From positions 2,208,001 through 2,272,000 of the forward strand of contig OZ271918.1 in assembly GCA_965602015.1 (NCBI GenBank): 64,000 nucleotides of DNA. Reading direction: 5' to 3'. This DNA comes from Salinispira sp. (lineage in GTDB: Bacteria; Spirochaetota; Spirochaetia; DSM-27196; Salinispiraceae). A program made the translations under genes and the position numbers. The notes beneath the pieces were generated by a model. The model saw only the letters and a list, made by a program, of their open reading frames with translations, was not told where the DNA came from and searched no databases. This document shows, one piece after another, positions 28,806 through 38,499 of the stretch (the first letter of the stretch is position 1; each line of letters starts with the position of its first letter).

Positions 28806-29932
28806 ACAGCAAGGCCCTGCTCCAGCTTCCGCCGGGCTCCGCCGGTCTCTTCCTTGAGGAAGCCGCAGCCCATCAGGAAGCCATTGACGCTACTAACCGC
28901 CTTTTCGCCCGTTGGGGCTACACCATGGTCCACACTCCCATGGTCGACTTCTTCGATGCCCACAGTCATATGATCGGCGAAGACGAGCAGCACCGGCTCT
29001 ACCGGCTCATCGGCCGCGACGGGGAGGTGCTTATGCTCCGGGCGGACATTACGGTATTCCTGTTGAAGCATTTTCAGAGTCTGTTAAAAGGCGCGGATTT
29101 TCCCCTGCGACTTTCATACTCGGACAGCATCCTGCGCCACGAGGAAAGCATTGATATCTCCCGCAACGAGCATTACCAGGCCGGCGCCGAACTGATCGGT
29201 GCCGAAGGCCGGGACGGTGACGGGGAGATACTGCTGCTGCTCTGTGAGAATCTCGAAACACTGGGAATCGGCCGTTCGGCCATTCACATAGGAATCCGGG
29301 GCATACTGGATGCCTGCTTCCCGAAATTGGCCGGGGATACCGGCAGTCAGGAAGGGGCGGCTCTTCTGGCGGCAGTAGCCGACCGTCAGCACGACGAGCT
29401 GTACGCCCTCATGAGCTCAGCAAGCGATGGAAGGCCGGAAAGCCTGTATTCCCCGGCAGCCGACCCACAGGAAATCGTCTCTCTCTTTTCCGCGATAGCC
29501 GATGCCGGAAGTCCTGAGGAGCTGGCGGGCATTGGTGACTGCGGCCTCGCCGAAATCCGCCGGGAACTGAATTACCTTGAAGATCTGGCCGGTCTTGTGC
29601 GGAGCTATTTTCCCCGCCAGGAGATCCGCATCGATCCTTCGGAAGTGGGCCGGCGCCATTACTATTCCGGGCTGGCTTTCCAGGTATATCTGCCCGAACT
29701 GCCGAACGCAGTGGCCTCGGGTGGGCGCTACGACCGGCTGATCGCTGAAATGGGAATGGAAAACGGCGCGGTTGGCTATCAGGTTATGCTCAGCGCCCTG
29801 CAGGGTCCGGCAGCCAAGGCCGGAGGCGGGGTGGCACAGCGGCTGCCGAAAGCCCTGGCAAACGCACGCCTCGAAGATCGCTACGAAACGGCGCGCAGGC
29901 TTCGCCGAGAGGGAAAAAACATATGTCTGTAG
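28802..29932 (+). CDS. hisZ: ATP phosphoribosyltransferase regulatory subunit
   Basis: HisRS-like LRADIT, QAGAELIG, YYSGLAF, GGRYD; adjacent to short hisG. Confidence 0.9.
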   Translation: MNSKALLQLPPGSAGLFLEEAAAHQEAIDATNRLFARWGYTMVHTPMVDFFDAHSHMIGEDEQHRLYRLIGRDGEVLMLRADITVFLLKHFQSLLKGADFPLRLSYSDSILRHEESIDISRNEHYQAGAELIGAEGRDGDGEILLLLCENLETLGIGRSAIHIGIRGILDACFPKLAGDTGSQEGAALLAAVADRQHDELYALMSSASDGRPESLYSPAADPQEIVSLFSAIADAGSPEELAGIGDCGLAEIRRELNYLEDLAGLVRSYFPRQEIRIDPSEVGRRHYYSGLAFQVYLPELPNAVASGGRYDRLIAEMGMENGAVGYQVMLSALQGPAAKAGGGVAQRLPKALANARLEDRYETARRLRREGKNICL

Positions 29933-30564
29933 CAAAAAATGGCGATGTGCTCAGTTTCGCCCTCCCCAAGGGACGCCTTCAGGAACAGGTCCAGGAGTAT
30001 TTTTCCAGAGCGGGCATTGAGTTCGCATTTGAAAAACGCAAGCTTGTCGCCCGGGACTCCGAGGGAAAGATGGAATTCCTCCTGGTAAAAAATGCCGATC
30101 TGCCGACCTACGTGCAACACGGAATCGCCGGATTGGGAGTCTGCGGGGAAGATGTGTTGTACGAGGCGGGTTTTCGGCTTAACCGGCTGATGGAACTGCC
30201 CTTTGGGAGCACAAAAATGTGCCTCGCCGGACCAAAGGGCAGCGGCATAGATCTGTCGGAGAGGGGGCTCAAGGTTGCCACCAAATTCACCCGGTTCACC
30301 CGCGACTATTTCCATTCCCAGAACGTTCCGGTGGAAATGGTCAAACTCAATGGTTCGGTTGAGCTGGCTCCGGTGCTCGGATTGACCCCGTATATTGTCG
30401 ATCTCGTGGAAACCGGATCGACCCTGAAGGCGAATAATCTGGAAGTAATCCAGGAATTAAGCCCCATTGCGGTGCACATCGTGGCTAATCCCGCGTACTA
30501 TAAGTATCACTACCGGAAAATCCAGGATTTTATCCGCAGAATCAGGAATATCGAACATGCGTAA
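29923..30564 (+). CDS. hisG: ATP phosphoribosyltransferase, short form
   Basis: ALPKGRL, GSVELAP, IVDLVETGSTLKAN; 213 aa. Confidence 0.95.
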   Translation: MSVAKNGDVLSFALPKGRLQEQVQEYFSRAGIEFAFEKRKLVARDSEGKMEFLLVKNADLPTYVQHGIAGLGVCGEDVLYEAGFRLNRLMELPFGSTKMCLAGPKGSGIDLSERGLKVATKFTRFTRDYFHSQNVPVEMVKLNGSVELAPVLGLTPYIVDLVETGSTLKANNLEVIQELSPIAVHIVANPAYYKYHYRKIQDFIRRIRNIEHA

Positions 30565-31138
30565 ACAGACAATTACCCGCAACACCGCGGAAACAACAAT
30601 CAGCCTCAACATCGATCCGGACGAGCGACAGCGGTCAAAAATAACCATGCCTCTTCCGTTTTTCGCCCACATGCTCAATGCCATGGCATGGCACGGAGGC
30701 TTCACCCTTGAGATCGAGGCTGACGGCGATGTGCACGTGGATCCTCATCACCTGGTAGAGGATGTGGGGATTGTGCTCGGACAGGCGCTGGCCGGCATAC
30801 TCAAGAACGGAGCCGTCGCCCGCTACGGAAACGCAAGCATACCCATGGACGATGCTTTGAGCCAGGCGGTGGTAGATGCGGCAAACCGTCCCTACCTGGT
30901 ATACAAAGCGGAGTTTCCCCAGGCGTACAGCGGAAATTTCGACATGAGCCTGTTCAGGGAATTTTTTTATGCCCTGGCCCACAATGCCAGGATAAATCTC
31001 CACCTGATATGCCACTACGGCGAGAACAGCCATCATATGATTGAAGCGCTGTTCAAGGCTCTGGGAAAGGCCCTGGCCCAGGCCTACCAGGCAACCGATG
31101 GCGGTGCGGCGGAAATGTCCACCAAAGAGGCAATGTAA
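30557..31138 (+). CDS. hisB: Imidazoleglycerol-phosphate dehydratase
   Basis: FFAHML, DPHHLVEDVG, PMDDAL, NSHHMIEALFKA; start ATG 30557. Confidence 0.95.
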   Translation: MRKQTITRNTAETTISLNIDPDERQRSKITMPLPFFAHMLNAMAWHGGFTLEIEADGDVHVDPHHLVEDVGIVLGQALAGILKNGAVARYGNASIPMDDALSQAVVDAANRPYLVYKAEFPQAYSGNFDMSLFREFFYALAHNARINLHLICHYGENSHHMIEALFKALGKALAQAYQATDGGAAEMSTKEAM

Positions 31139-31190
31139 AGCCCCCGATGTTGATATAATTGAGATTCGGAGATACACTTTTGGTAATATC

Positions 31191-31544
31191 ATGAGTACAG
31201 CTCACATCAATTTCCCCGGACCCGGGCTTATCAAAACAACGCCTCCCCGCGTCGCGCCGATGGACGGCTCGCAGAAGGCCGCATTGGTGCGCAAGGGAAA
31301 CGAGTTGTTCAACGCGGGAAACATTGAGCAGGCAAAACGGGTATTTCTCACCACCGGGTACACCGACGGCCTGGTCCGCATAGGCGATCACTATTACAAG
31401 CAACAGCGCTTTCTCCAGGCCTTGCAGATGTACATAATCGCCCCCGACCGGATGAAACGGGACCGTTTAGTGGAAAAAATGGCCCACGTAGTCCAAAACT
31501 GGCTGGCAGAAGACGGGGTTTCGACTACAATGGACGCAAAGTAA
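31191..31544 (+). CDS. Small TPR-like hypothetical protein
   Basis: LVRKGNELFNAGNIEQAKRVF...RIGDHYY helical repeat pattern. Confidence 0.7.
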   Translation: MSTAHINFPGPGLIKTTPPRVAPMDGSQKAALVRKGNELFNAGNIEQAKRVFLTTGYTDGLVRIGDHYYKQQRFLQALQMYIIAPDRMKRDRLVEKMAHVVQNWLAEDGVSTTMDAK

Positions 31545-31582
31545 TAAAGGGCTTTGTCCCGTATATAAAAAAAGGGTAGCGC

Positions 31583-32752
31583 ATGTCTGAAACAAAAGCG
31601 AAAGTTCAGAAAACAGCTTCGGAACACGCTGAGGACGCATCCGGCGATGGTAATTCCGGGCAAGAAGAGTACGCCGAAATAGCGAATCTCTCGCGTCAGG
31701 GCTATCAGTATCTCAAGCGAGGTGCGGTCTCCGAGGCAATTGACTGTTTCCGGGAAATTATCGACATCGACCCGGAAAACAACTACGCCCTTGTGGGTAT
31801 CGGCGATGCCTACCGCAAGAAGCGCCGTTTTCAGGAAGCCACCCAGTATTACCAGCGCTGCCTCGATTACTATCCGGAAAACAATTACGCCCTGTTCGGC
31901 CTGGCTGATTGCTACCGGAATCTGAAACAGTTCCATCGGGCCATCGGGATTTGGGAGAAATACCTTAAACTCGACGACCGCAACGTGACTGTGCTCACCA
32001 GGGTTGCCGACGCCTACCGCAAAGTGAAAAACCTCGAGCGTTCCCAGTCCATTTATCTTTCGGTCCTCGATATGGAGCGAAATAACGCCTACGCCCTTAT
32101 CGGTTTGGGTCATCTGCATTACGATTTTAAGAATTTCGATACCGCCCTGGGTTACTGGATGCGAATGTACGACATCCAGGGCGAGAGGGTCGATATCAGG
32201 GTGCTCACCAGCATCGGGAACTGCCACCGCAAGCTGAAGCAGTTTGACATGGGCGTCGAGTTTTTTAGCCAGGCACTGGAGCGGGAGCCTCAGAATTTCT
32301 ACGCCCTCTTCGGCCTGGCTGACTGCTACCGGGGTATGAACCGCCCGGATATGAGCCTTGAATACTGGAACCGTATTCTCCAGAAGGATCCGCATAACAA
32401 GGTGATCCTCACCCGAGCGGGGGACGCCTACCGGCGACAGGATTTGCTCGATGAAGCCGAGGGCTGCTACCACCGAGCCCTGAACATCGAGTACGACAGC
32501 TACGCAGTTTTAGGCCTTGCGTCTATCAACAAAATCAAAAAACGCTACGAGGAGGCGGCCCAAAGCCTCGAAGGCTTACTAAAAAATGAGGGCAGGATTT
32601 ACAGGGTGTACCCCGAACTTATGGAATGCTACGTTAATCTGCGCAACAAGCATGCGGGCCGGGACCTGTGGATGAAATTCGAGCGGCTTCGGGGCATACA
32701 GCCCCCCGTCCAACGGCAAATGAAGGATCTCAAAAGCAAACTCGGGGTATAA
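31583..32752 (+). CDS. Tetratricopeptide repeat protein
   Basis: Multiple 34-aa repeats (NNYALFGLADCYR etc.). Confidence 0.92.
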   Translation: MSETKAKVQKTASEHAEDASGDGNSGQEEYAEIANLSRQGYQYLKRGAVSEAIDCFREIIDIDPENNYALVGIGDAYRKKRRFQEATQYYQRCLDYYPENNYALFGLADCYRNLKQFHRAIGIWEKYLKLDDRNVTVLTRVADAYRKVKNLERSQSIYLSVLDMERNNAYALIGLGHLHYDFKNFDTALGYWMRMYDIQGERVDIRVLTSIGNCHRKLKQFDMGVEFFSQALEREPQNFYALFGLADCYRGMNRPDMSLEYWNRILQKDPHNKVILTRAGDAYRRQDLLDEAEGCYHRALNIEYDSYAVLGLASINKIKKRYEEAAQSLEGLLKNEGRIYRVYPELMECYVNLRNKHAGRDLWMKFERLRGIQPPVQRQMKDLKSKLGV

Positions 32753-32775
32753 GCCCTGATGATTTCTTTAAATAC

Positions 32776-32805
32776 GCGCCGGTTAGCATCGGCGCTTTTT
32801 TTTTT
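32776..32805 (+). terminator. Intrinsic terminator closing the long + strand run
   Basis: GCGCCGGT-TAGC-ATCGGCGC hairpin followed by T10. Confidence 0.8.
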
Positions 32806-32860
32806 GCTCGGAAAAAGCCCCTGTCTTTTTTCCCGGCTTAGCTTAGAATAATAGTCATCT

Positions 32861-34060
32861 ATGATCAGTAAAAAACACCATGGGCGAATTCTCGACACCC
32901 TGATTCAGAGCGATCTATTCTCCGGCAACAGCCGGGAAGAACTGGAAACCCTGGCGCCATATTTTACGCGGCAGCGCTATGAATCCGGGGACACGGTGCT
33001 CGAAGAATGCTCGCCGGAACGCACCATACTGCTTTTTTTATCCGGCTCGGTAGGCATTTACAAAAGCAGCGAGGGCTGCAGCGCCGAGGAGCCGGAGGGA
33101 CCTGGAGGAAACGAAAGTTCCTTTCTCATAGCCAGCCTCGGCCCCGGCGAGGTGCTGGGAGAAATGTCATTCCTCGAAGCGGGCCAGGGGCGCTCGGCTT
33201 CGGTGCGGGCCCTGGAGAGCTGCGAGCTGCTGGCTCTTTCATACGGGGAATTTTCCCGCTTCCAGAACAAAAACAGCAGAGCGGGGTTTTTCATAGTCAG
33301 CCGGCTGGCTTCGAGAATCAGCCAGCGCCTCCGGGCCCTGAATCAGGAGAAGGTGGAACAGCTTGAGCACCAACTCGAGGAGTCCCGCAGCCGGACCATG
33401 ATGGCCAGAATGATCAGTTATGTGATCCTGCTGCTGTTCGGCTATAACCTGAGTCTGCAGATCACCATGGAGTTGTCCCGCCAGACCTTTTATGCGAACA
33501 GCATCAGCTTCGCCATCGTGGCGATATTCGGCATCATGCTTCTGGTGCTGGCCCGCAGTACGGGGTACGGCTGGGAGGAGTACGGGCTGAGCACAAAGGG
33601 CTGGAGAGCGTCACTAGGTGAATCGGCGGTCTGGAGCCTGGCTGTTATGGCAGTCCTGACTATAGTAAAAATCGTGCTCATCGCCGCGGTGCCCCGGTAT
33701 GCCGACCTGCCCCTCTTCGGTCCCTTTGACGGGACCAGTTGGCTGCTGCCGGCCCTGTTTTATACCCTGCTCTCGCCGGTTCAGGAGTTCATCGCCAGGG
33801 GAGTGCTCCAGAGCAGCTTCGAGCGATTTTACGGTGAGAAAAACAGGGTATTTCTGTCGATTCTGATTTCCAACGCCTTGTTCAGCGCAGCCCATGTACA
33901 CCTGTCGTCGCTGTTCGCCGCGACGGTGTTTATCCCGGGTTTTTTATGGGGATATCTGTACCACCGGCATCGGACCATCATTGGCGTAAGCTTCTCCCAC
34001 ATCGTTATTGGCTTGTATGCGGTGTACGTACTGCGCTTTGTCATGATGGCTAACATGTAA
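32861..34060 (+). CDS. Cyclic-nucleotide-binding domain fused to a CPBP-like membrane domain
   Basis: LGPGEVLGEMSFL..RSASVRA (cNMP phosphate-binding cassette); C-terminal multi-TM with QEFIARG and FSAAH. Confidence 0.85.
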   Translation: MISKKHHGRILDTLIQSDLFSGNSREELETLAPYFTRQRYESGDTVLEECSPERTILLFLSGSVGIYKSSEGCSAEEPEGPGGNESSFLIASLGPGEVLGEMSFLEAGQGRSASVRALESCELLALSYGEFSRFQNKNSRAGFFIVSRLASRISQRLRALNQEKVEQLEHQLEESRSRTMMARMISYVILLLFGYNLSLQITMELSRQTFYANSISFAIVAIFGIMLLVLARSTGYGWEEYGLSTKGWRASLGESAVWSLAVMAVLTIVKIVLIAAVPRYADLPLFGPFDGTSWLLPALFYTLLSPVQEFIARGVLQSSFERFYGEKNRVFLSILISNALFSAAHVHLSSLFAATVFIPGFLWGYLYHRHRTIIGVSFSHIVIGLYAVYVLRFVMMANM

Positions 34061-34069
34061 ATCAGGGGT

Positions 34070-35062
34070 TCACCTCCTGCCCTGAGGATACTCATATCGT
34101 TCCCAATACCCTATAACCCGATCTGCGGAATCGAACACGCCGGTCATATAGATTCTCTTTTCCGGCTTGTTTGAGTAGCAGACCTCCTTTTCACCGGCCT
34201 CCAAGCGGGCAAAAATTTCGAGCATGGCTGCCTTGGACTGGGGGTTGTGGCATTCAAAAATCGAGCGGCCGACTAAGTCTCCTCTGTCTTCCCAGTATTC
34301 CCTGGCCGGCCGATTGACGTAGCGGATTATATGCTGGCAATCAACGAATACCACCGGATCGGGAAAACTCTCAAGAATTCCCGCAAGCACAGGACTATCC
34401 GGCATATTTTTGCCAGCAGCGGCGGATTCCCGGTTTTCATCTCCCTCTGCAGCGCTGGTTTTTGCCGGAGACTCGGGGAAACCCGCAATGGACTCATCGA
34501 TCAGATCGGCGGTAATAAGAAGCTCATTGCCAAACGGATCGGTAAGAGCGGCGAACAGGAGAGGGACATACATAATCTCCTCGCTGGGCTCCGGGCCGGA
34601 GGCGCCGGCATCAATAAAGGCCTGTCGCAGTGCCAGGGCTTCTGATCGGCTTTTCATGTGGAACTGAAGCTCAACGCGCCTGCACGCCAACGAACTGCCC
34701 GAGGCGTTGTTTCCCGATCCGCCGGCAGTTCCGCCTGTGCTGGCAACTTCGGCGGCTTTAGCGGCCGGGGCCGCGGTTTGGGCTTCACCGCCTGCACCGG
34801 CATCGGCCTGCGGACCGGCTGCGCCGGCAGCTTCGGCAGCTTCGGCAGCTTCTGCGGGAAACAGGGTTAACCATGTGGGACCGATTTTCCAGCCGCGGGT
34901 AAAGCGTCCCTCAACGTACTGGGGAGGCCCCAGTGCCCGGGAATAAAACTCCAGGGCTTTTGGATAGTCCGGAGTATACAGGGCGGCGCTTAATCCCCGG
35001 ACAAACTGATAGCGGGGTTTGCTCTCGGTGAAATACTCATTTTTATACTCTTCATAGGTCAC
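34070..35062 (-). CDS. VOC/glyoxalase-like domain fused to a PAS domain
   Basis: ALEFYSRALG...LTDPFGNEL (VOC); DPVVFVDCQHIIRYVN..GRSIFECHNPQS (PAS); GTG start. Confidence 0.7.
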   Translation of the reverse strand: MTYEEYKNEYFTESKPRYQFVRGLSAALYTPDYPKALEFYSRALGPPQYVEGRFTRGWKIGPTWLTLFPAEAAEAAEAAGAAGPQADAGAGGEAQTAAPAAKAAEVASTGGTAGGSGNNASGSSLACRRVELQFHMKSRSEALALRQAFIDAGASGPEPSEEIMYVPLLFAALTDPFGNELLITADLIDESIAGFPESPAKTSAAEGDENRESAAAGKNMPDSPVLAGILESFPDPVVFVDCQHIIRYVNRPAREYWEDRGDLVGRSIFECHNPQSKAAMLEIFARLEAGEKEVCYSNKPEKRIYMTGVFDSADRVIGYWERYEYPQGRR

Positions 35063-35210
35063 GGTGCTGCCTCCCGGTTAAAAAAAAATCGCTGGTTATC
35101 ACAATTTTACCCAATTTTATGAATATATGATACGCTCCTGTGGTACTGCCACTGTTTCCCGCCGGTTGCCGCAAGGCTATGGGCAAGGGACAGGTTTTTA
35201 AGGAGACCAC

Positions 35211-35849
35211 ATGTTTGCACTGCCGTTTTTTATCACCGCCAGCATAATCGGGGTCGGGGTCACCCTGATCGATATTATGTTTGATTTCAGCGAAAATGAC
35301 TCGGAGGCTGACGGCGGGGGCGATGCTGACGGCGCTGGTGATGTCGACGCGGTTGATGCCGACGCCGGGGATCCCGACGGTCTTTCCGATGATTCGGGTG
35401 ACGACCCGTCGCTCATCGGGCACGACCGAAGAAGCGGCGGTGCGTTCATCCGCCTGGTCTCCGCCGCCCGGCATCTGGTGTACTTCTTCCTGGGTTTTGG
35501 TCCGGTGGGAATCGCCGCTACCCTCAGCGGCCTCGGCGGCTCCGCATTAATCCTCTGGCCACTGGCTGCGGGAATAGGGGCCGACGTCATTGGCATTTCC
35601 CTTCGCGGCCTGATGAAAAAAGAGCTGAATTCCAGTTTTACCCGGGCCGACCTGATTATGTGCAATGCCACCGTTTTGGTATCCATCATGCCCGGAGAGC
35701 TGGGCAAGGTGCGGGTGAAGGTCGGGGGAGCCTATTCTGACCGCTATGCTAAATTTAAAGACGATTCGGCATCGGCCAAACCGGGGGATGTGCTCCTGGT
35801 GGTGGATGTGGATGATGAATATTTGATCTGCGAAAAGGAGGACGCATGA
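35211..35849 (+). CDS. NfeD/YqiJ-like membrane protein with C-terminal OB fold
   Basis: TM helices, acidic loop, IMPGELGKVRV..GDVLLVVDV; precedes flotillin genes. Confidence 0.75.
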   Translation: MFALPFFITASIIGVGVTLIDIMFDFSENDSEADGGGDADGAGDVDAVDADAGDPDGLSDDSGDDPSLIGHDRRSGGAFIRLVSAARHLVYFFLGFGPVGIAATLSGLGGSALILWPLAAGIGADVIGISLRGLMKKELNSSFTRADLIMCNATVLVSIMPGELGKVRVKVGGAYSDRYAKFKDDSASAKPGDVLLVVDVDDEYLICEKEDA

Positions 35850-37165
35850 TTTACGTGGGATCGCTGCCCTTGTCGAGTATTTTGTACGGCGTCGGGGGCA
35901 TCATTGGTTTTTTCCTGCTTGTGGGAATTCTCTCGGCCATCTTAAAGGTCGAACTGCCCAACAAGCTGATGGTAATCACCGGCCGGAAGAGCAAACTGGG
36001 TGAAAAGACCTTCGGCTTTTCTGTTCAACGGGGTCGCACCGCGGTGGTTCCCTATCTGCAAAGCAAGGGCACCCTCGATATGGAGATCATCCCGATAAAT
36101 GTCCGGGTAGACGGGGTGAACAGCGCCAACGGAATTTCCGTGGGAGCCGACGCCACGGCATGCGTGTGCATCGATGATGACGATGAAGGCATGATTTACG
36201 CCAGCGTCGAACGGCTCATGGGCAAGAGCACCGAACAAATCAAGGAACAGGTCAAGCAAACTCTCATTGGCAACTTTCGGGGCGCATTGAACAAGGCCAC
36301 TCCCCTTGAGGCTATCGGCATGACCGAGACAAACATCGAAACCGATGCCTCCCAGGCCATAGACCAGGGCGAGCGGGCCCAATTCCGCGCGGAACTGGTG
36401 GACGACATCAACTCAGACCTCTCGAGTTTTGGCATGAAGGTGGTATCGGTCTCCCTGCAAAAGATTTGGGACGGATCGAATTACATCGGCAACCTGGCGC
36501 AGAAAACCCTGGCTTCCAAGCGAAAGGAAGTGGAAATTCGTGAAGCAGAGCTTCGGGCCGATGCGGAAAAAGCCGAAAGCGACAGCGCCAAGCGCATCGA
36601 AGTGGCAAAAAGCGAAGCAGACCGGAAAATCGTCGCAGCCCAGGAAGCCCTTGAAGTATACCGGAGGGAAGCCGAGGCCCTGATCGACCGGACCAAACGG
36701 GAGGCGGTTCAACGGGTGGCCACCAGCGAAAACCGCGGGCAGACCCAGGTTCAAAAGGTGAAGAACGAACTGCAGAAGCTCCTAAACCAGTCGAAGGTAA
36801 CCCTGGAAGAAAGCGCCCGGCAAAAAGCGGCTGAAATCATCGCATCGGGCGAACAGGAGGCGGTGGCAATAAAGGAAGGAGCCCGTAACCGCATCCTTAG
36901 CCAGAAAGCGGAAATTCTCAAGAAAATGGGAACCGGCGCCAAGGCGGTGCTCTTTATTCAGCAGCAGCTTCCCCACCTCTACAAGGCGTATCAGGATTAT
37001 GCAAAACAGATGGGTATAAGCAATTACCTGATTCTGGACGACGAGGACGGATTCAACAAAGCGGTGAATAGGGGCCCCAAGGCCTTCGCCGACTTTGTGT
37101 CTGAATTCGAGCGGGTGATGGGCATGCGCATAAAGGACTATCTCTCATCAGGAGCAGATTCATGA
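35846..37165 (+). CDS. SPFH/flotillin family protein
   Basis: N-terminal TM, SPFH domain, Ala/Glu-rich coiled coil. Confidence 0.85.
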   Translation: MIYVGSLPLSSILYGVGGIIGFFLLVGILSAILKVELPNKLMVITGRKSKLGEKTFGFSVQRGRTAVVPYLQSKGTLDMEIIPINVRVDGVNSANGISVGADATACVCIDDDDEGMIYASVERLMGKSTEQIKEQVKQTLIGNFRGALNKATPLEAIGMTETNIETDASQAIDQGERAQFRAELVDDINSDLSSFGMKVVSVSLQKIWDGSNYIGNLAQKTLASKRKEVEIREAELRADAEKAESDSAKRIEVAKSEADRKIVAAQEALEVYRREAEALIDRTKREAVQRVATSENRGQTQVQKVKNELQKLLNQSKVTLEESARQKAAEIIASGEQEAVAIKEGARNRILSQKAEILKKMGTGAKAVLFIQQQLPHLYKAYQDYAKQMGISNYLILDDEDGFNKAVNRGPKAFADFVSEFERVMGMRIKDYLSSGADS

Positions 37166-38499
37166 TCATATTTACCATCGTATTATTCGGCCTCATAGCC
37201 TTGACGGTGATCTATCAGCTTATCACCAAGATGAAGATTGTCGGGGGAAACCAGCTCGGCGTCATTTCAGGCGCAGGCGACAAGGGATTTCGTTTTTTAT
37301 CAGGTGGCCGGGCATTTATTATCCCCCTGCTGAACAAGTTCGACACCCTCGACCTCACCCCCTACACCATCGAAGTACGGGTTGAAAGCGCCATCGCGGC
37401 GGGAGTGGTGCCGCTTAATGTCACGGCGACGGTGAGTTTCGCCATAGCCACCAATGAAGCCGGCCGGCGCCGGGCCTTGACCCGTATTCTCAAAATGGCC
37501 AAGAACTGGGAGCGGCTTAAGTCGGTGGCAAACGACATCATCGAAGGCCATTTGAGGGACTCCATCGCCTCCATTACCCCGGAGCAGGTAATGAAGGACA
37601 AAGACACGTTAGTGGCGAAAATGATAAACGCCTGCAAAAGCGACCTGGAGAACATCGGCCTTTCCATAACCACCATGAACATCGCAGATGTCGACGATCA
37701 CCGATTGGAGGGAGTGGAAGAGCCGGATCTCTACATCGCCCTTTTGAAACGGGTAATGACCGCCAGCGCCGAGACCAAGGCCAGAACAGCCATAGCGGAA
37801 GCCGATGCCGCCGCTGCGGAAGAGCGGGAGACCCGCAGGGCCGAAGTACAGGTTCGCAGCCTCGAGAACGAGCTCGAAAAATTAAAGGCCCAGACCGAAC
37901 TGCTCGTTGCCCGGGAACTGCAAAACGAAATCGTCGGCGTAAAACAGGCCGAACAGCAGGCCCAGGCCGAAGCTGCAGGATACGAGCAAAACGTTCTGGC
38001 GGAAAAGGAAAACATTGCCCGGCTTGCCACCCAGTACGAGGCGGAAATCGTCACCCCGGCGCTCGCCGAAAAAGAGAAAACCATCCTTGAAGCCCGGGCG
38101 GAAGCCAGCGGCTACAGCGCGAAGGCCCAGGGAGAGCTGGATCAGATGGCCGAAACGCTGAAGATCATCGAGCAAAGCGGGCGGGCGGGAAGCGACGCAT
38201 TTATCATCGAAAACTTCGAAAAGCTCATTACCCCCTTCGCCGATACCATGGCCATGTTCCCCGTTGAGAATCTCTCGGTAATCAGCGGCGCCGAGGGCCG
38301 GAGGGAGCCCATAGGCCCCTTTCATCCCCATGCCCTGGAAATGGGTAAAAACGATATTCTGGCGGCAGCCCTGGCCCAGGCCGGCGCAGGTCACCCGGGT
38401 GTAGCCCCCCAATCCACCGTCGGCGCAACGGCACACAACGCGGCAGACAATGCCGAAGGCTCAGCGCCGGCGGAAACTAAAGGAAAGACCAATGATTAA
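37162..38499 (+). CDS. SPFH/flotillin family protein
   Basis: GGRAFIIP, IEGHLRDSIASITPEQ, AEA-rich coiled coil. Confidence 0.88.
   Translation: MIIFTIVLFGLIALTVIYQLITKMKIVGGNQLGVISGAGDKGFRFLSGGRAFIIPLLNKFDTLDLTPYTIEVRVESAIAAGVVPLNVTATVSFAIATNEAGRRRALTRILKMAKNWERLKSVANDIIEGHLRDSIASITPEQVMKDKDTLVAKMINACKSDLENIGLSITTMNIADVDDHRLEGVEEPDLYIALLKRVMTASAETKARTAIAEADAAAAEERETRRAEVQVRSLENELEKLKAQTELLVARELQNEIVGVKQAEQQAQAEAAGYEQNVLAEKENIARLATQYEAEIVTPALAEKEKTILEARAEASGYSAKAQGELDQMAETLKIIEQSGRAGSDAFIIENFEKLITPFADTMAMFPVENLSVISGAEGRREPIGPFHPHALEMGKNDILAAALAQAGAGHPGVAPQSTVGATAHNAADNAEGSAPAETKGKTND

Noticed and set aside
31583..32752. Repeated DNA (TACGCCCT..TTCGGCCTGGCTGA) as a possible array
   Set aside because: Coding TPR repeats, not CRISPR or a mobile repeat
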